Below, piece by piece: positions 39,495 through 49,514 of a DNA stretch of 64,000 nucleotides. The DNA is taken from assembly GCA_963717295.1 (NCBI GenBank), contig OY970330.1:7932822-7996821 (forward strand). The letters are read 5' to 3'. Positions within the stretch are counted from its first letter, which is position 1, and each line of letters starts with the position of its first letter. This DNA is from Thermoanaerobaculaceae bacterium. GTDB lineage: Bacteria; Acidobacteriota; Thermoanaerobaculia; Multivoradales; UBA5704. A program made the translations under genes and the position numbers. Under the pieces are notes generated by a model. That model was given only the letters and a program-made list of their open reading frames with translations. It had not been told where the DNA came from and did no database searches.

Positions 39495-39541
39495 TAGACG
39501 ACAGGGACTCCCGTTGGGGTCCCGGTGAGAAGAGGTGTCCC

Positions 39542-40669
39542 GTGACTGATCCCAAGACTTCCAAAGTTGATTCCGTAAGCGAGCCCATCAAGTTCTTCCT
39601 CCCCGGGCCGACCTACGTCCCCCAGGACGCGCTGCAGGCCATGACCCATCCCATGGTGGGCCACCGGTCGGCCGGATTCAAGGCGTTCTATCTGTCGCTG
39701 GCTGAGCGGCTTCCGAAGATTCTCCGCACGTCCGGCGACGTCATGGTCGCCACCGGCAGCTCGACGCTCATCATGGAGAGCGCGGTCATATCCTGCGCCG
39801 CCCAGGACGTGCTGAACCTCACCAACGGGGCCTTCTCGGAGCGCTGGCACTCGATCTCCAAGTCCATCGGCAAGGCCGCGGACAAGGTGTCCGCTCCCTG
39901 GGGACAGCCGGTCGATCCGGACGTCGTTCGTTCCGCGTTGCGGCGTAAGAAGTACGACGCCGTCACCGTGGTCCACAACGAGACGTCGACCGGCGTCCTC
40001 TCTCCCCTCGCCGAAATCGCCAAGGTGATCCGCGAGGAGAGCGATGCCATCATCATCGTCGACACCGTCTCCTCCCTGGCCGGCGCCCGGGTGGAGTCGG
40101 ACGACTGGGGGCTCGACGTGGTGCTCGCCGGCACCCAGAAGGCCGTCGCCGTGCCGCCGGGCCTCACCCTCTTCACCCTCTCGGAGCGGGCGGCCGAGCG
40201 GGCGGAGAAGGTGCCGCACCGCGGCTTCTACACCGACCTCCTGCGCTATCGCGACAAGCACAAGGAGGGTGGCTTCATCACCACACCGGCCATTCCGCTG
40301 CTCTACGCCCTGGACGTGCAGGCCACCCGCATCGTCGAGGAGGGCATGGAGGCGCGCTGGGCCCGCCACCAGCAGCTCTATGAGCGCACGGCGCAGTGGG
40401 CCGCCTCCCGCGGCTGCACCTACGCCGCCGCCGAGGGAGCGCGGTCGGTGACGGTGAGCTGCCTGTATCCACCGGAGGGCGTCGATCCCCAGGCCATCGT
40501 CAAGGGGCTGGCGGCGCGCGGCTACACGATCGGCGGCGGGTATGGCGACTGGAAGCCCACGACGTTCCGCATCGGCCACATGGGCGAGGTGCGGGGCGGC
40601 GATCTCGAGGCCCTGCTCGCCGAGATCGATCAGGTTCTGGAGACGGTCGCCGCGCAGGCGGTCCGCTGA
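39542..40669 (+). CDS. serC: class-V aminotransferase, probable phosphoserine aminotransferase (AGXT/SerC-like)
   Basis: PLP-fold class V motifs (VVHNETSTGV, LAGTQKAVAVPPG; K in TQK). Immediately upstream of serA. GTG start. Confidence 0.7.
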   Translation: MTDPKTSKVDSVSEPIKFFLPGPTYVPQDALQAMTHPMVGHRSAGFKAFYLSLAERLPKILRTSGDVMVATGSSTLIMESAVISCAAQDVLNLTNGAFSERWHSISKSIGKAADKVSAPWGQPVDPDVVRSALRRKKYDAVTVVHNETSTGVLSPLAEIAKVIREESDAIIIVDTVSSLAGARVESDDWGLDVVLAGTQKAVAVPPGLTLFTLSERAAERAEKVPHRGFYTDLLRYRDKHKEGGFITTPAIPLLYALDVQATRIVEEGMEARWARHQQLYERTAQWAASRGCTYAAAEGARSVTVSCLYPPEGVDPQAIVKGLAARGYTIGGGYGDWKPTTFRIGHMGEVRGGDLEALLAEIDQVLETVAAQAVR

Positions 40670-40671
40670 CC

Positions 40672-42270
40672 ATGGCGGTTTCAGAACAGAAGCATCGCAT
40701 TCTGATCGCCGATCAGCTCGATCCCTCCGGCCTCGGCCTCTTCGAAAAGGCGGGAGTCGAGATCCATCAGCTCACGGCGGAGGAGAGGCCCCGCCTGCCG
40801 GAGATCCTCGCCGACTTCGACGCCCTGGTGGTGCGCAGCTCGACGCAGGCCACGGCCGATCTGCTCAAGGCGGGCAAGAAGCTGAAGGTGGTGGGGCGCG
40901 CCGGCATCGGCGTCGACAACGTGGACGTGGCCGCCGCCACGGAGCTGGGCATCCTGGTGGTCAACGCCCCGACGGCCAACCTGATGTCGGCCACGGAGCA
41001 CACCTTCGCCCTCCTGCTCTCGCTCGCCCGGCGGGTGGGCGAGGCCGATGCCTCGATGAAGGCGGGAGAGTGGAACCGCAAGCTCACGGGTATCGAGCTC
41101 CAGGGCAAGACGCTGGGGATCATCGGCTTCGGCCGCATCGGCCAGCGGGTGGCGGACCGCGCCCGCGGCTTCGAGATGAAGATCCTGGCCTACGATCCCT
41201 TCCTCGACGCCGCCGCGGCCCGCCGTCTGGACGTGGAGCTGCTGCCGCTGGACGATCTGCTGGCCCAGGCGGACATGGTGACCCTCCATGTGCCGTTCAC
41301 CGAGCAGACGAAGAACCTGCTGAACGCGGGCCGGCTGGCGAAGATGAAGAAGGGCGCCCTGCTGGTGAACTGCGCCCGCGGCGGCGTGGTCGACGAAGCC
41401 GCCCTGCTGGAATCGCTGGAGGCCGGCCACCTCGGTGGCGCGGCCCTGGATGTCTTCGCCGAGGAGCCGCCCAGGGATCTGACGCTGGTGCGCCATAAGA
41501 AGGTCGTGGCCACGCCCCACCTGGGAGCGCAGACCCGCGAGGCCCAGGAAAGGATCTCGATCGAGACGGCCGAGATGGTGATCGCCGCCCTGGCCGGCTC
41601 GCTGGCCGTGGCGGCCGTGAACCTCCCCTTCCGGCCCACGGCCGCGGGGAGCCGGGTGGAGCCGTTCATGTCCCTCGGGGAGACCCTGGGCTGCATGGCC
41701 AGCTCGCTGCTGGGCGAGGCGCCGCAGCGTCTGCAGGTCGACGTCTGGGGGCTCGACGAGTCGCTGCGGGTACCGGTGACGGTGGCGGTGCTCAAGGGGG
41801 CGCTGACGCCGTTCCTGGGCGAGGCGATCAACTACGTGAACGCGGAGAAGATGGCCCAGAGCCGGGGCATCGAGGTGGTGCGTTCGGTCCACAGCGCCCA
41901 GGGCGATTACCCGCAGCTCGTCGACGTCACCCTTTCGGGCGGCGGCCGCAGCATCGAGCTGGGGGGAACGCTCTTCGGCGAACACGGCGACAGCGATCCG
42001 CGTGTCGTGCGCTTCGAGGGCTACCGGCTGGAGTTCCGTCCGGAGGGGAACCTGCTGGTGCTGGTCAACCTGGACAAGCCCGGCGTGGTGGGGAAGGTGG
42101 GCACGCTGCTGGCGGAGCACGACGTCAACATCGCGGACATTCACCTCTCCCGCCGTGGCAACGAGGCCCTCGCCGTTCTGCGGGTCGACCAGGAGCCCAG
42201 CCAGGATCTGGTGGAGAAGCTCGGCGCCCTCGCCGAGGTGAAGTCGGCGCGGCGGGTGCTGTTGGGGTAG
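40672..42270 (+). CDS. serA: D-3-phosphoglycerate dehydrogenase (with C-terminal ASB and ACT domains)
   Basis: NAD motif GIIGFGRIGQ, catalytic R/E/H residues of the 2-hydroxyacid dehydrogenase family, and a C-terminal ACT domain. Confidence 0.9.
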   Translation: MAVSEQKHRILIADQLDPSGLGLFEKAGVEIHQLTAEERPRLPEILADFDALVVRSSTQATADLLKAGKKLKVVGRAGIGVDNVDVAAATELGILVVNAPTANLMSATEHTFALLLSLARRVGEADASMKAGEWNRKLTGIELQGKTLGIIGFGRIGQRVADRARGFEMKILAYDPFLDAAAARRLDVELLPLDDLLAQADMVTLHVPFTEQTKNLLNAGRLAKMKKGALLVNCARGGVVDEAALLESLEAGHLGGAALDVFAEEPPRDLTLVRHKKVVATPHLGAQTREAQERISIETAEMVIAALAGSLAVAAVNLPFRPTAAGSRVEPFMSLGETLGCMASSLLGEAPQRLQVDVWGLDESLRVPVTVAVLKGALTPFLGEAINYVNAEKMAQSRGIEVVRSVHSAQGDYPQLVDVTLSGGGRSIELGGTLFGEHGDSDPRVVRFEGYRLEFRPEGNLLVLVNLDKPGVVGKVGTLLAEHDVNIADIHLSRRGNEALAVLRVDQEPSQDLVEKLGALAEVKSARRVLLG

Positions 42271-43811
42271 CTTTTAGATTTAGACAAACCTCTCCCTCTT
42301 CTCCCAGCCTCCCCCCCGGCCGCCGGGATGGGTGGCCCTTTTGCCATCATCTCCGAGAGAGGGGGAAGGTTCGCGAGGTCGATGTCCACGATATCCTTGT
42401 GGATCGTGATCCGCTTCAGGAGGCTCTCGACCACCCGGCGCTTCTCCGGGATGTCCATCGTCTGCCACTTGTCCGCGAGGTCCCGGGTTTGGCTCACGAT
42501 GTCCTCCTCCATGACGTTCCGGATTTTGAGGAAGTCGATCTCCCCCTGAAGGCGGGCGATCTCCCCTCCTAAGGCGGCGAGACGCTCCTCAAGGGGTCGG
42601 TGCTTCTCGCGGAAGCCATCGACCGAGAGGGCGTCCTCCTGGTAGAGGCGGTAGAGCTTGTCGGCCTCCTTCGTGAGCCGCTCCCGCTCCCGGAAGAGTG
42701 CCGAGAGAAGCTCCTCCCGCCCGGCGAGAACCTCCGCGCCCTGGGCGAGCCAGGCGGCGATGGCCTCAGGCGAGAAGGTGAATTCCCGGAGTTCGTCCCG
42801 GAAGAGGTTGTCGAGGTCCACGATCGGGATCTTCGTGTGGCAGGCCTTGCAGACGTACTTCGGGGTATTCGAGCGCACGTACATCTTCTCTCCGCAGGCG
42901 CAGTACGCGTAGCCCGCGAAGACGTAAACGGCCCGCTTCGCGACCGGTTTCCGGGAAGCCCTGCGCCCGAGAAGGAGCGCGTTGCACTGCTCCCAGAGTT
43001 CCTCGGAGACGATCGCCGGGCAGGGCACCCAGATCCACTCCGCCTCCGGCTTCTGGACCCTCTGGCCCTTGACGAGCCTCGTGTAGCTCACGCGGCGCAG
43101 GCCCTTCGCGGTCGGGTCCACGATGAGCTTCTCCACGGTCGTATCCCGGAAGAGCTTGCCCTTCCGGCCCCTATGGCCGGCCTGGTTCAGGATCTCTGCC
43201 ACGGTTTTGAGTCGCCGGTGCTCCTTGAAAAGCTCGTAGATGAGGCGGCGAAGCGGAGCCTCGTCCGGGCTTACCTCCAGGCGCTTGTCTACCCAGCGGT
43301 ACCCGAGGGGGGCGACGCCGCCCATGGGCTTCCCGAGCCGGGCGCGCACGGGGATCGAGGCCATGACCCGGGAGGCGATCTCCTCGCGCTCCCACTCGGC
43401 CATCGCCGCAATCATGGTGTAGAAGAGGCGGCCGTGCGGGGTCGAGGTATCGATCGACTCCTGGAGGGAGACGAGGTCCGCCCCGTGCTCCCGGAAGAAC
43501 TCGGAGAAATCCAGGAGTTCCTTCGTGTTCCTCGCGAGTCTCGCGAGCTTCGAGAAAATGAGGCCCGCGATCCGCCCGCGGCGCACGTCGGCCATCATCC
43601 GCCTTGCCTCCGGGTGCTCCATGACGGACTTGCCGGAGACGCCTTCGAGGCGGTAGACCTCGCGGACCTCCCAGAGGCGGGACTCCGCGTAGCTTTTGCC
43701 CCGCATCTCGTGGTGCTGCGGGCTCTCGCCCTGGGCCTGGTCTTCGGTCGAGACCCGAATCCAAACGCCCACGGGCTTTGTCTCAGCCCTCGGATCGTTC
43801 GCGCGTTCCAT
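42141..43811 (-). CDS. large serine recombinase (phage-integrase type)
   Basis: N-terminal resolvase domain VGVWIRVSTEDQ (catalytic Ser), recombinase domain, zinc-ribbon Cys cluster (CACGEKMYV..YVCKAC) and coiled-coil. The ORF lacks a stop until 42141, so its last ~43 codons overlap the serA 3' end on the opposite strand. Confidence 0.85.
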   Translation of the reverse strand: MERANDPRAETKPVGVWIRVSTEDQAQGESPQHHEMRGKSYAESRLWEVREVYRLEGVSGKSVMEHPEARRMMADVRRGRIAGLIFSKLARLARNTKELLDFSEFFREHGADLVSLQESIDTSTPHGRLFYTMIAAMAEWEREEIASRVMASIPVRARLGKPMGGVAPLGYRWVDKRLEVSPDEAPLRRLIYELFKEHRRLKTVAEILNQAGHRGRKGKLFRDTTVEKLIVDPTAKGLRRVSYTRLVKGQRVQKPEAEWIWVPCPAIVSEELWEQCNALLLGRRASRKPVAKRAVYVFAGYAYCACGEKMYVRSNTPKYVCKACHTKIPIVDLDNLFRDELREFTFSPEAIAAWLAQGAEVLAGREELLSALFRERERLTKEADKLYRLYQEDALSVDGFREKHRPLEERLAALGGEIARLQGEIDFLKIRNVMEEDIVSQTRDLADKWQTMDIPEKRRVVESLLKRITIHKDIVDIDLANLPPLSEMMAKGPPIPAAGGEAGRRGRGLSKSKSYPNSTRRADFTSARAPSFSTRSWLGSWSTRRTARASLPRRER

Positions 43812-43919
43812 GCTCGTTCCTCCTTGGCGTTACAGGGTGGGGATTTTGGAAAAGGACTCCCGTCATGATGGAGGTCAGGCGCGCACGAAAAAAGGCGGCA
43901 GGTTCCGCCCCCTTCCGCC

Positions 43920-46913
43920 CTACGGCTTCTCCTTCTTCCCCATGCGCCTGAGACTCTTGCCGATAACATCTTTGAGCGCTTGGTAGCGGGCGGCCTCTTC
44001 TTCGGGATCGACCGGGGTGCGGCGGACCCTCACCTTGTATCCGCCGACGACCTTCTCCCTCGTTACGGGCCGCATGGAAAGCATCGTGAAGAGTTCCTCG
44101 GGCGAGAGGAAGTGCACCCGGGCGAGATCGGAGGGCGGGAGCTTGGCCTTCAAGGCGGCCTCGATCTTTTGAAGGCGCGGACGCTTCAAGGCCAGGATCG
44201 CGACCTCATGAAAGCCGGCCTCAAGGCACTTCAAGGCGTTTCCGACCTCTTGGGCCACGGTGGAGGTGACCGAGATCTCGCAGGCGAGCGAGAAGTCGTC
44301 GGTGCGAAGCGCCACATCGACCTTGCCTTTGCCCTCCGGGATCTCCTCCTCGACCACGGCGCGGTAGCCGTGGGACTCGCCCCAGCGCTTCACGAGTTCC
44401 TGGAGGTACTGGTGCTCGGGGCCGCCGCGCCCCAAGGGCGGGACGGGCTCCTCTTCACGCGTCGCTCTCTTCGGGGGCGGAGGCGGTTGCGGTGCAGCGG
44501 TCGGTATTGGCGCGGGAACTCGCGGCGCTTCCGGCTCTACCGCCGGAGGCGGAGCCTTGCGCGCCGGCTCCGCTCTCTGCTGTGTCTCCTCTCTCCTTAC
44601 GGCATACCGCTCCCGGGAGCGTGCGGCGACCCTCTCGCGCCGCTCTGTGGCGACCTCGGCCGGAACCGCCGGCAGGAGCCGGGTCGCGAGGTTGCAGTCG
44701 CCCTGGGAGTTGTCGATCCGCGCGATGGCCTCTCCGACCCTGAGGCTCGTGAGGTCGGCCGGTCCGAAGAAGGACAGTCCCTCAGAGAGAGCCTTCGCAT
44801 CCCGGTCGCCCACCCGGAAGGCGATGCGCGTGCCGGCGTTCCCCAAGAGTGCGGAGGAGACCTCCGGGGCCTTCGCTTCAAGCTGCCGGAGATCCTGATG
44901 GGCGAGGGTGAGCCCCAAGCCGTACTTCCTGGCTCCCGCAAGGAGCTGCGCCATCGAAGCGGTCGCGACCTCCTGGCACTCGTCGGCGTAGAGGAAGAAA
45001 GGCCGGCGCTCTTCCCGCTTCACCTCCTGCCGGCTCATGGTGATCTGGTGGAACTTGGAGACGAGGAGGCTCCCTAGGAGTGCGGCGTTCTCTTCGCCGA
45101 TCGCACCTTGAGAGAGTCTTGCGAGGAAGATCTGCCCCCGGTCTACGACGGAGCGCAGGTCGAGGCGGCTTTCCCTAGCCCCTACGATCTGGCGCACGGT
45201 TTTCGAGCGCAGGAAGCCATCGAGACGAGTGAGGATCGCGCCCACGCTTTTGCCGGCCGCAAGCTGGAACTCGTGCCGGAAGTATGAGGAGAGGTACGGA
45301 TCGTCCACTGCGGCGAGGAGCCGCTCTCGGGTCGGACGGTCCACCAGGAACTCCCTGAGATCAAGGAGGGTCGCGCCCGGCGTTTCGAGGAGCACCAGGA
45401 CCGCGTTCCCCAAGACCGAGGTCATCTGGTCGCCCCAGGAGGTCGAGAAGCGGCGGAAGATGCCTACGAGGTCCGAGGCGAGGAGCGTGCGCTCAAGCTC
45501 GGAGTGGGCTTCGAGGATGTTCCAGGCGAGAGGGTGTTCGGCATCGGCCGGGTCGAAGAGGATCGCGTCGCCCTGTCTCTCCTCGGGGATGCGTCCCAGG
45601 ATCTCGTCTACGAGATCGCCGTGGGGATCGAGGAGGGCGACTCCCCGGCCCGCCTCTATGTCCTGCGAAATGAGGTCGAGGAGGAGGGTTGACTTGCCGC
45701 TTCCCGAGGCGCCGATCACGTGCAGGTGCCGGAGGCGCAGATCATTCGGGAGCCTGACCGCCAGGGCTCGGCCGTGATGCAGGTTCTCGCCAAGGAGAAT
45801 CCCCGGGCCTTGAGACAGTGCGGGCGCCGCTTTCGAGCGCCGTATTTCCCTCTGGAGCTTCGGGACCCGGACCGAGGCGCTCGGCAGGTGGGCGAAGGCG
45901 GCAAGTTCGTCGCTTCCGAGGATCATTCCCGGCCGGCGCGAGGTGCGCGAGCAAATCTCCGCCATAGCCTCTCCGCCCTCAAGGGTGGCGAGAGGCAGAA
46001 GCTCGTTCCCGGCGGGAGTGCCGAAATGAGTCAGGGCGCCCGCGAGATCGCGGACGATGCGCCAGGCACCGGTCGTGTCCGTGCTCTTCGCGGCCACCCG
46101 GAGACAGGCGGCAAAGAGCGGGCGGGAGACCTTCTCCCGCGCCTGCTTCGTGAGTTCGGGGTAGTCCACAAAGATGGGCTCGCCGCCAGGAGCCACGACC
46201 GACCGCATGACGCTCTCGGTCCAGGGCTCCCTTACCCGCTCAAAGAGGACTTGCACGAGCCCCGCCTCCCCGGGCTCAAGCTCGGCCATCGCTCCAAAGA
46301 GCGGTAGCAAGGGGTCAGGATCGAGGGAGCGGAAGGAGGCCAGGGGCAGCATGAACTCGCGCGCCAGGCCGAAGTGGAGGAGGACGGTTTCGCCTTGCTC
46401 CCTCGTCCATGCCTCACGCAGTCCCTCCGGCTCCGCTTGGACCCCGACTTCGGGGAAGAACGCGCGGAGCTGGTTTCCAAGAAGCGCGGCATCCGGCACG
46501 CGGGAGATCACTTGTACCTTGAGGCTCTCGGGGAGCCCTACGATCTCGAAGGCGAGCGGCAGCTCCGCGGCGGAGAGGGCGAGGAGGAAGCGCTCGGCGC
46601 TTTCCGCTTTGACCGCCGCTTCAGAGGGCAGTGAGACCGCACACTCGACGAGCGCTTCGTCGCTCTCGAAGGTCTCCGGTTCCGGCTCCTCGGTCTCCGG
46701 TATCGCGGGCTCCGGCCGGCGCGGCGCGAAGAGGCGCCCCAAGAGTCCCGGCCGGTGGCCGTCGTCCTGGGCTCGGGGAAGAAAGTATCCGGGAAAGGGA
46801 CGGAAGGGCGGCTCAAGAGCGACCGGCCAGGGAAACTCCTGCCAGCCGCGCCCCCTCAGTTCCCAGGCATAGAACTGCTCGGTCAGGCGATCGGGCAGGG
46901 ACGGTTCAGGCAT
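43920..46913 (-). CDS. TraD/TrwB/HerA-like conjugative P-loop ATPase with a C-terminal nuclease-like domain (997 aa)
   Basis: Walker A HVIGASGSGKST and Walker B FLYADECQE; LLDPHGDL motif shared with T4SS coupling proteins. Pro-rich linker, then a C-terminal ~150 aa segment (KGKVDVAL...ACEIS) that resembles a PD-(D/E)xK core. Confidence 0.55.
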   Translation of the reverse strand: MPEPSLPDRLTEQFYAWELRGRGWQEFPWPVALEPPFRPFPGYFLPRAQDDGHRPGLLGRLFAPRRPEPAIPETEEPEPETFESDEALVECAVSLPSEAAVKAESAERFLLALSAAELPLAFEIVGLPESLKVQVISRVPDAALLGNQLRAFFPEVGVQAEPEGLREAWTREQGETVLLHFGLAREFMLPLASFRSLDPDPLLPLFGAMAELEPGEAGLVQVLFERVREPWTESVMRSVVAPGGEPIFVDYPELTKQAREKVSRPLFAACLRVAAKSTDTTGAWRIVRDLAGALTHFGTPAGNELLPLATLEGGEAMAEICSRTSRRPGMILGSDELAAFAHLPSASVRVPKLQREIRRSKAAPALSQGPGILLGENLHHGRALAVRLPNDLRLRHLHVIGASGSGKSTLLLDLISQDIEAGRGVALLDPHGDLVDEILGRIPEERQGDAILFDPADAEHPLAWNILEAHSELERTLLASDLVGIFRRFSTSWGDQMTSVLGNAVLVLLETPGATLLDLREFLVDRPTRERLLAAVDDPYLSSYFRHEFQLAAGKSVGAILTRLDGFLRSKTVRQIVGARESRLDLRSVVDRGQIFLARLSQGAIGEENAALLGSLLVSKFHQITMSRQEVKREERRPFFLYADECQEVATASMAQLLAGARKYGLGLTLAHQDLRQLEAKAPEVSSALLGNAGTRIAFRVGDRDAKALSEGLSFFGPADLTSLRVGEAIARIDNSQGDCNLATRLLPAVPAEVATERRERVAARSRERYAVRREETQQRAEPARKAPPPAVEPEAPRVPAPIPTAAPQPPPPPKRATREEEPVPPLGRGGPEHQYLQELVKRWGESHGYRAVVEEEIPEGKGKVDVALRTDDFSLACEISVTSTVAQEVGNALKCLEAGFHEVAILALKRPRLQKIEAALKAKLPPSDLARVHFLSPEELFTMLSMRPVTREKVVGGYKVRVRRTPVDPEEEAARYQALKDVIGKSLRRMGKKEKP

Positions 46914-46930
46914 CGCTTACCGCCAGCGGC

Positions 46931-47611
46931 TCAGCTCCTCCTGCCGCGTGGCTCAAAGGTTATCTTACGCGCCTCCTCGGAGAGTCCGCGCACGCCTTGG
47001 GCCGTGGTCACTTGGTCGATGGCCTCCGTGACCGCGTGATGCACCGATTCCCGGAACATGATTGCGGTGTCCTCGTTGAAATATGTGGCCGGACGGAAAA
47101 TGAGACCGTAGACGAAGCCCGTAATCGGCATCGAGAGGACGGTGGGCTCAAGGCCGCGGTCCCCGTAGCGGACGAGGAAGCCGAGAGCGAGAAGGAGGCC
47201 AAAGAAAAGGATGGGCTTGAGGAGGAGCCCGGCGCAGCCAGGGCTGGGTTCGACTCCCTCAGTACCCCCGGACATACTCCGGTAGAGGAGGTATCCCACG
47301 AAGAGACAGACGAAGATGAAGAGGAGATCGAGGAGCACCCTTGAGATCTTTGCGAGCCACCAGGAGAAGAAGTACCCGGTGCCGAAGGGCGCGGCGCAAA
47401 TATCGAAGTTCAGGCCCTCGCGGCTTACCCGGAGATACACCCGCTTCCCCGCACCGAGGCCGCCCTGTTTCCATTCCACCTGGGAGATATTGAGGTCGGG
47501 GATCTCCCGCCGGGCGATGCCGGCTTTGACCAGCTCGTAGAAGTCCAGGGATGAGGTCGAGAACCCCTCAATCAGGCTGTGCCAATGACCCTCCACCTGC
47601 GGCTTGCCCAT
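46931..47611 (-). CDS. hypothetical membrane protein
   Basis: Central TM helices (LLDLLFIFVCLFVGYLLY, ILFFGLLLALGFLV). Directly upstream of the 997-aa ATPase. Confidence 0.45.
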   Translation of the reverse strand: MGKPQVEGHWHSLIEGFSTSSLDFYELVKAGIARREIPDLNISQVEWKQGGLGAGKRVYLRVSREGLNFDICAAPFGTGYFFSWWLAKISRVLLDLLFIFVCLFVGYLLYRSMSGGTEGVEPSPGCAGLLLKPILFFGLLLALGFLVRYGDRGLEPTVLSMPITGFVYGLIFRPATYFNEDTAIMFRESVHHAVTEAIDQVTTAQGVRGLSEEARKITFEPRGRRS

Positions 47612-47832
47612 GGCTTGGCTCCTTTCCGAGACAGATGTCTATATCTATAAGTGTACGGAGGAGAGGGGCTTGGTGTCCAGTGCAGGCGTAGTCATTTGAC
47701 CCTCGCAGTTGAGGGGAAGATGGGTATGCCGCGCGCGCGGAGGCACATCTTCCTTCGCGCCCGTTACTATGGCCGGAGCCGCGTCCTTTCGACCGAGCCG
47801 CACGTAGATATCCAGCTTCTGAGAATAGCCCA

Positions 47833-48306
47833 TCATGCCCGATCTACTAGCGCCGCAGCGAATCCCAAGGCGTCGAAGACGTTCATGCGGGCGTCCTCTG
47901 TCGTCCAAGCCTTGCGCTTCCTGGGGAGTCGCTCGGCGAGGGCCGGAAAGATCTCCGCGAGCCGGAGTGCCACCTCAAACTTGCTCTTCCCGGGCGCGAA
48001 GGCGTCTCTGACCCCAAGGCGGGACATCCGTTCCGTTGCCAGCCCTCGCTTCAGTGCCAGGAGTTCAATCGAGCGGATCTCCTTACCTGCTCGCTTCCGG
48101 CGTCGGCCGCCAGGGGCGGCAAGATCTTCGATCACGAGCAGGGTGGGCTCGTAGCGCGAGAGTAGCTCGTCCACCTTGCGAAGCAGACCGCCAGTCTTTG
48201 CGGGTACGACCCTCTCGCCCCAATCCACAAGGAAATTAGGCGGTTCGAGGACAGCAAAGGCGAAGCCCCTTGAGGTCGGATCTATGGCGAGAATGGTTTT
48301 TGTCAT
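47833..48306 (-). CDS. RuvC-like (RNase H-fold) resolvase-family protein, paralog 1
   Basis: MTKTILAIDPTSRGFAFAVLE...LLVIEDLAAPG resembles the RuvC/YqgF N-terminal motif IxGIDPG...hhhE. Paralogous to 62149..62649. Confidence 0.5.
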   Translation of the reverse strand: MTKTILAIDPTSRGFAFAVLEPPNFLVDWGERVVPAKTGGLLRKVDELLSRYEPTLLVIEDLAAPGGRRRKRAGKEIRSIELLALKRGLATERMSRLGVRDAFAPGKSKFEVALRLAEIFPALAERLPRKRKAWTTEDARMNVFDALGFAAALVDRA

Positions 48307-48307
48307 C

Positions 48308-48625
48308 TCACACTGCATGGCGAGAAGCAGAGCCGACTCTCTGCCGTTTCTCTTCCTTCGCTTCGAGTCTCCGCCGCCGCTTTGCGACTTGCTCCGCGAT
48401 CTCCTCGCATCTGCCGCGGAAGAGCGTGCAGACGGGGACGCCAAGAGCGGCCTCGTACGCAAGCCCGGTCTCAAGGGAAGGCGTGCGGTTCCCGGATTCG
48501 TAGCGCGACACCTTCACGCCCGTAGAGGCGCCGAGGAGATAGGCAAGCCGCGCCTGAGTCAGATGGGCGTGGCGGCGATAACTGCGGAGGTAGTAATTAA
48601 GTGGCCGTCGTTGAATGTGTTTCAT
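48308..48625 (-). CDS. XRE-family helix-turn-helix regulator
   Basis: LTQARLAYLLGASTGVKVSRYESGNRTPSLETGLAYEAALGV, an HTH_XRE motif. Confidence 0.7.
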   Translation of the reverse strand: MKHIQRRPLNYYLRSYRRHAHLTQARLAYLLGASTGVKVSRYESGNRTPSLETGLAYEAALGVPVCTLFRGRCEEIAEQVAKRRRRLEAKEEKRQRVGSASRHAV

Positions 48626-48981
48626 GGCAGCACAAAAAAGAGGCGGCTGGCGGGGTCGTCGGTTGAAAGCTGAGCGGGAACTTCAGACGAGAGGAAAGAT
48701 CGGAGAGAAACTCAGAGAGCTTATTCTGCACGCAGCAGAAAGCCCACGATCTGACCAATTTACTCCAACATTATACGTTAATGTCGAATGGGTGTCAAGT
48801 TTCAAGCGCAAGGGTTTTTGAACATCGCCAAAAAGAAAGCCCCAGGATTGCTTCCTGGGGCTGATACGAATGGAATTGGTTTGAGGTGCAAACGGACTTC
48901 AGGCTGCTATGTCAATCGCGACCGGAGCTGAGGCATACTCCTCGCCGACGAGGCCCAGGCGCTGGGTACCCAGGCAAGCCC

Positions 48982-49464
48982 CTATAGACCTCCCGCCATG
49001 GCTGCTTGCGCTCTCGCGTACTGCTTCGCAGCCCACTCCACCCGTCTCTTGAGCGCTCGATCAGTCGCAAGGGTTTGTTGCGCCTCCTCGCGCTTGATCA
49101 AAACCTCCTCGGGTGTGCGGGAGGGTCGCCAGAGCACTTTCTCCAGATCGGGCCCCATGTGGCGGCACCACCTTCGTTTCTGTGCGCCTTGCCGCCGCAG
49201 CGAATCGACGGTGACATTGGCGGCGACTTGACGCACGTAGGGCAGGCAGTTCAGCTTGTCTTCGGCCCTCGACTTCCAGAGTCCCAGCAACACTTCCTGC
49301 ACCAGGTCTTCGATGCACTCCGCCGAGAGCTGCCGCCCGAATCTCGCGGCGGTTGTGGTGACAGTTCGCCGGATCGCCGTGAGGTGCTCGGGGGTGGGCG
49401 CCATGTCACGCCGCCGTGCCGCTCTTCTCATGCAATGGGTAAACTTCGGCCTACGCTCCTTCAT
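48982..49464 (-). CDS. ECF-like sigma-70 family protein (start uncertain)
   Basis: CIEDLVQEVLLGLWKS (region 2.2-like) and a C-terminal basic HTH-like region. Several candidate start codons. Confidence 0.45.
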   Translation of the reverse strand: MKERRPKFTHCMRRAARRRDMAPTPEHLTAIRRTVTTTAARFGRQLSAECIEDLVQEVLLGLWKSRAEDKLNCLPYVRQVAANVTVDSLRRQGAQKRRWCRHMGPDLEKVLWRPSRTPEEVLIKREEAQQTLATDRALKRRVEWAAKQYARAQAAMAGGL

Positions 49465-49514
49465 TAGGAACTTTCCTCCTTTCGTCTGGAATGGGAGAGG
49501 TGTTGCGGGTGAGG

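Noticed and set aside
42141-42330. C-terminal ~65 aa of the serine recombinase as a functional domain
   Set aside because: The tail is low-complexity and antisense to the serA ACT domain. It is most likely read-through beyond the real end of the protein.
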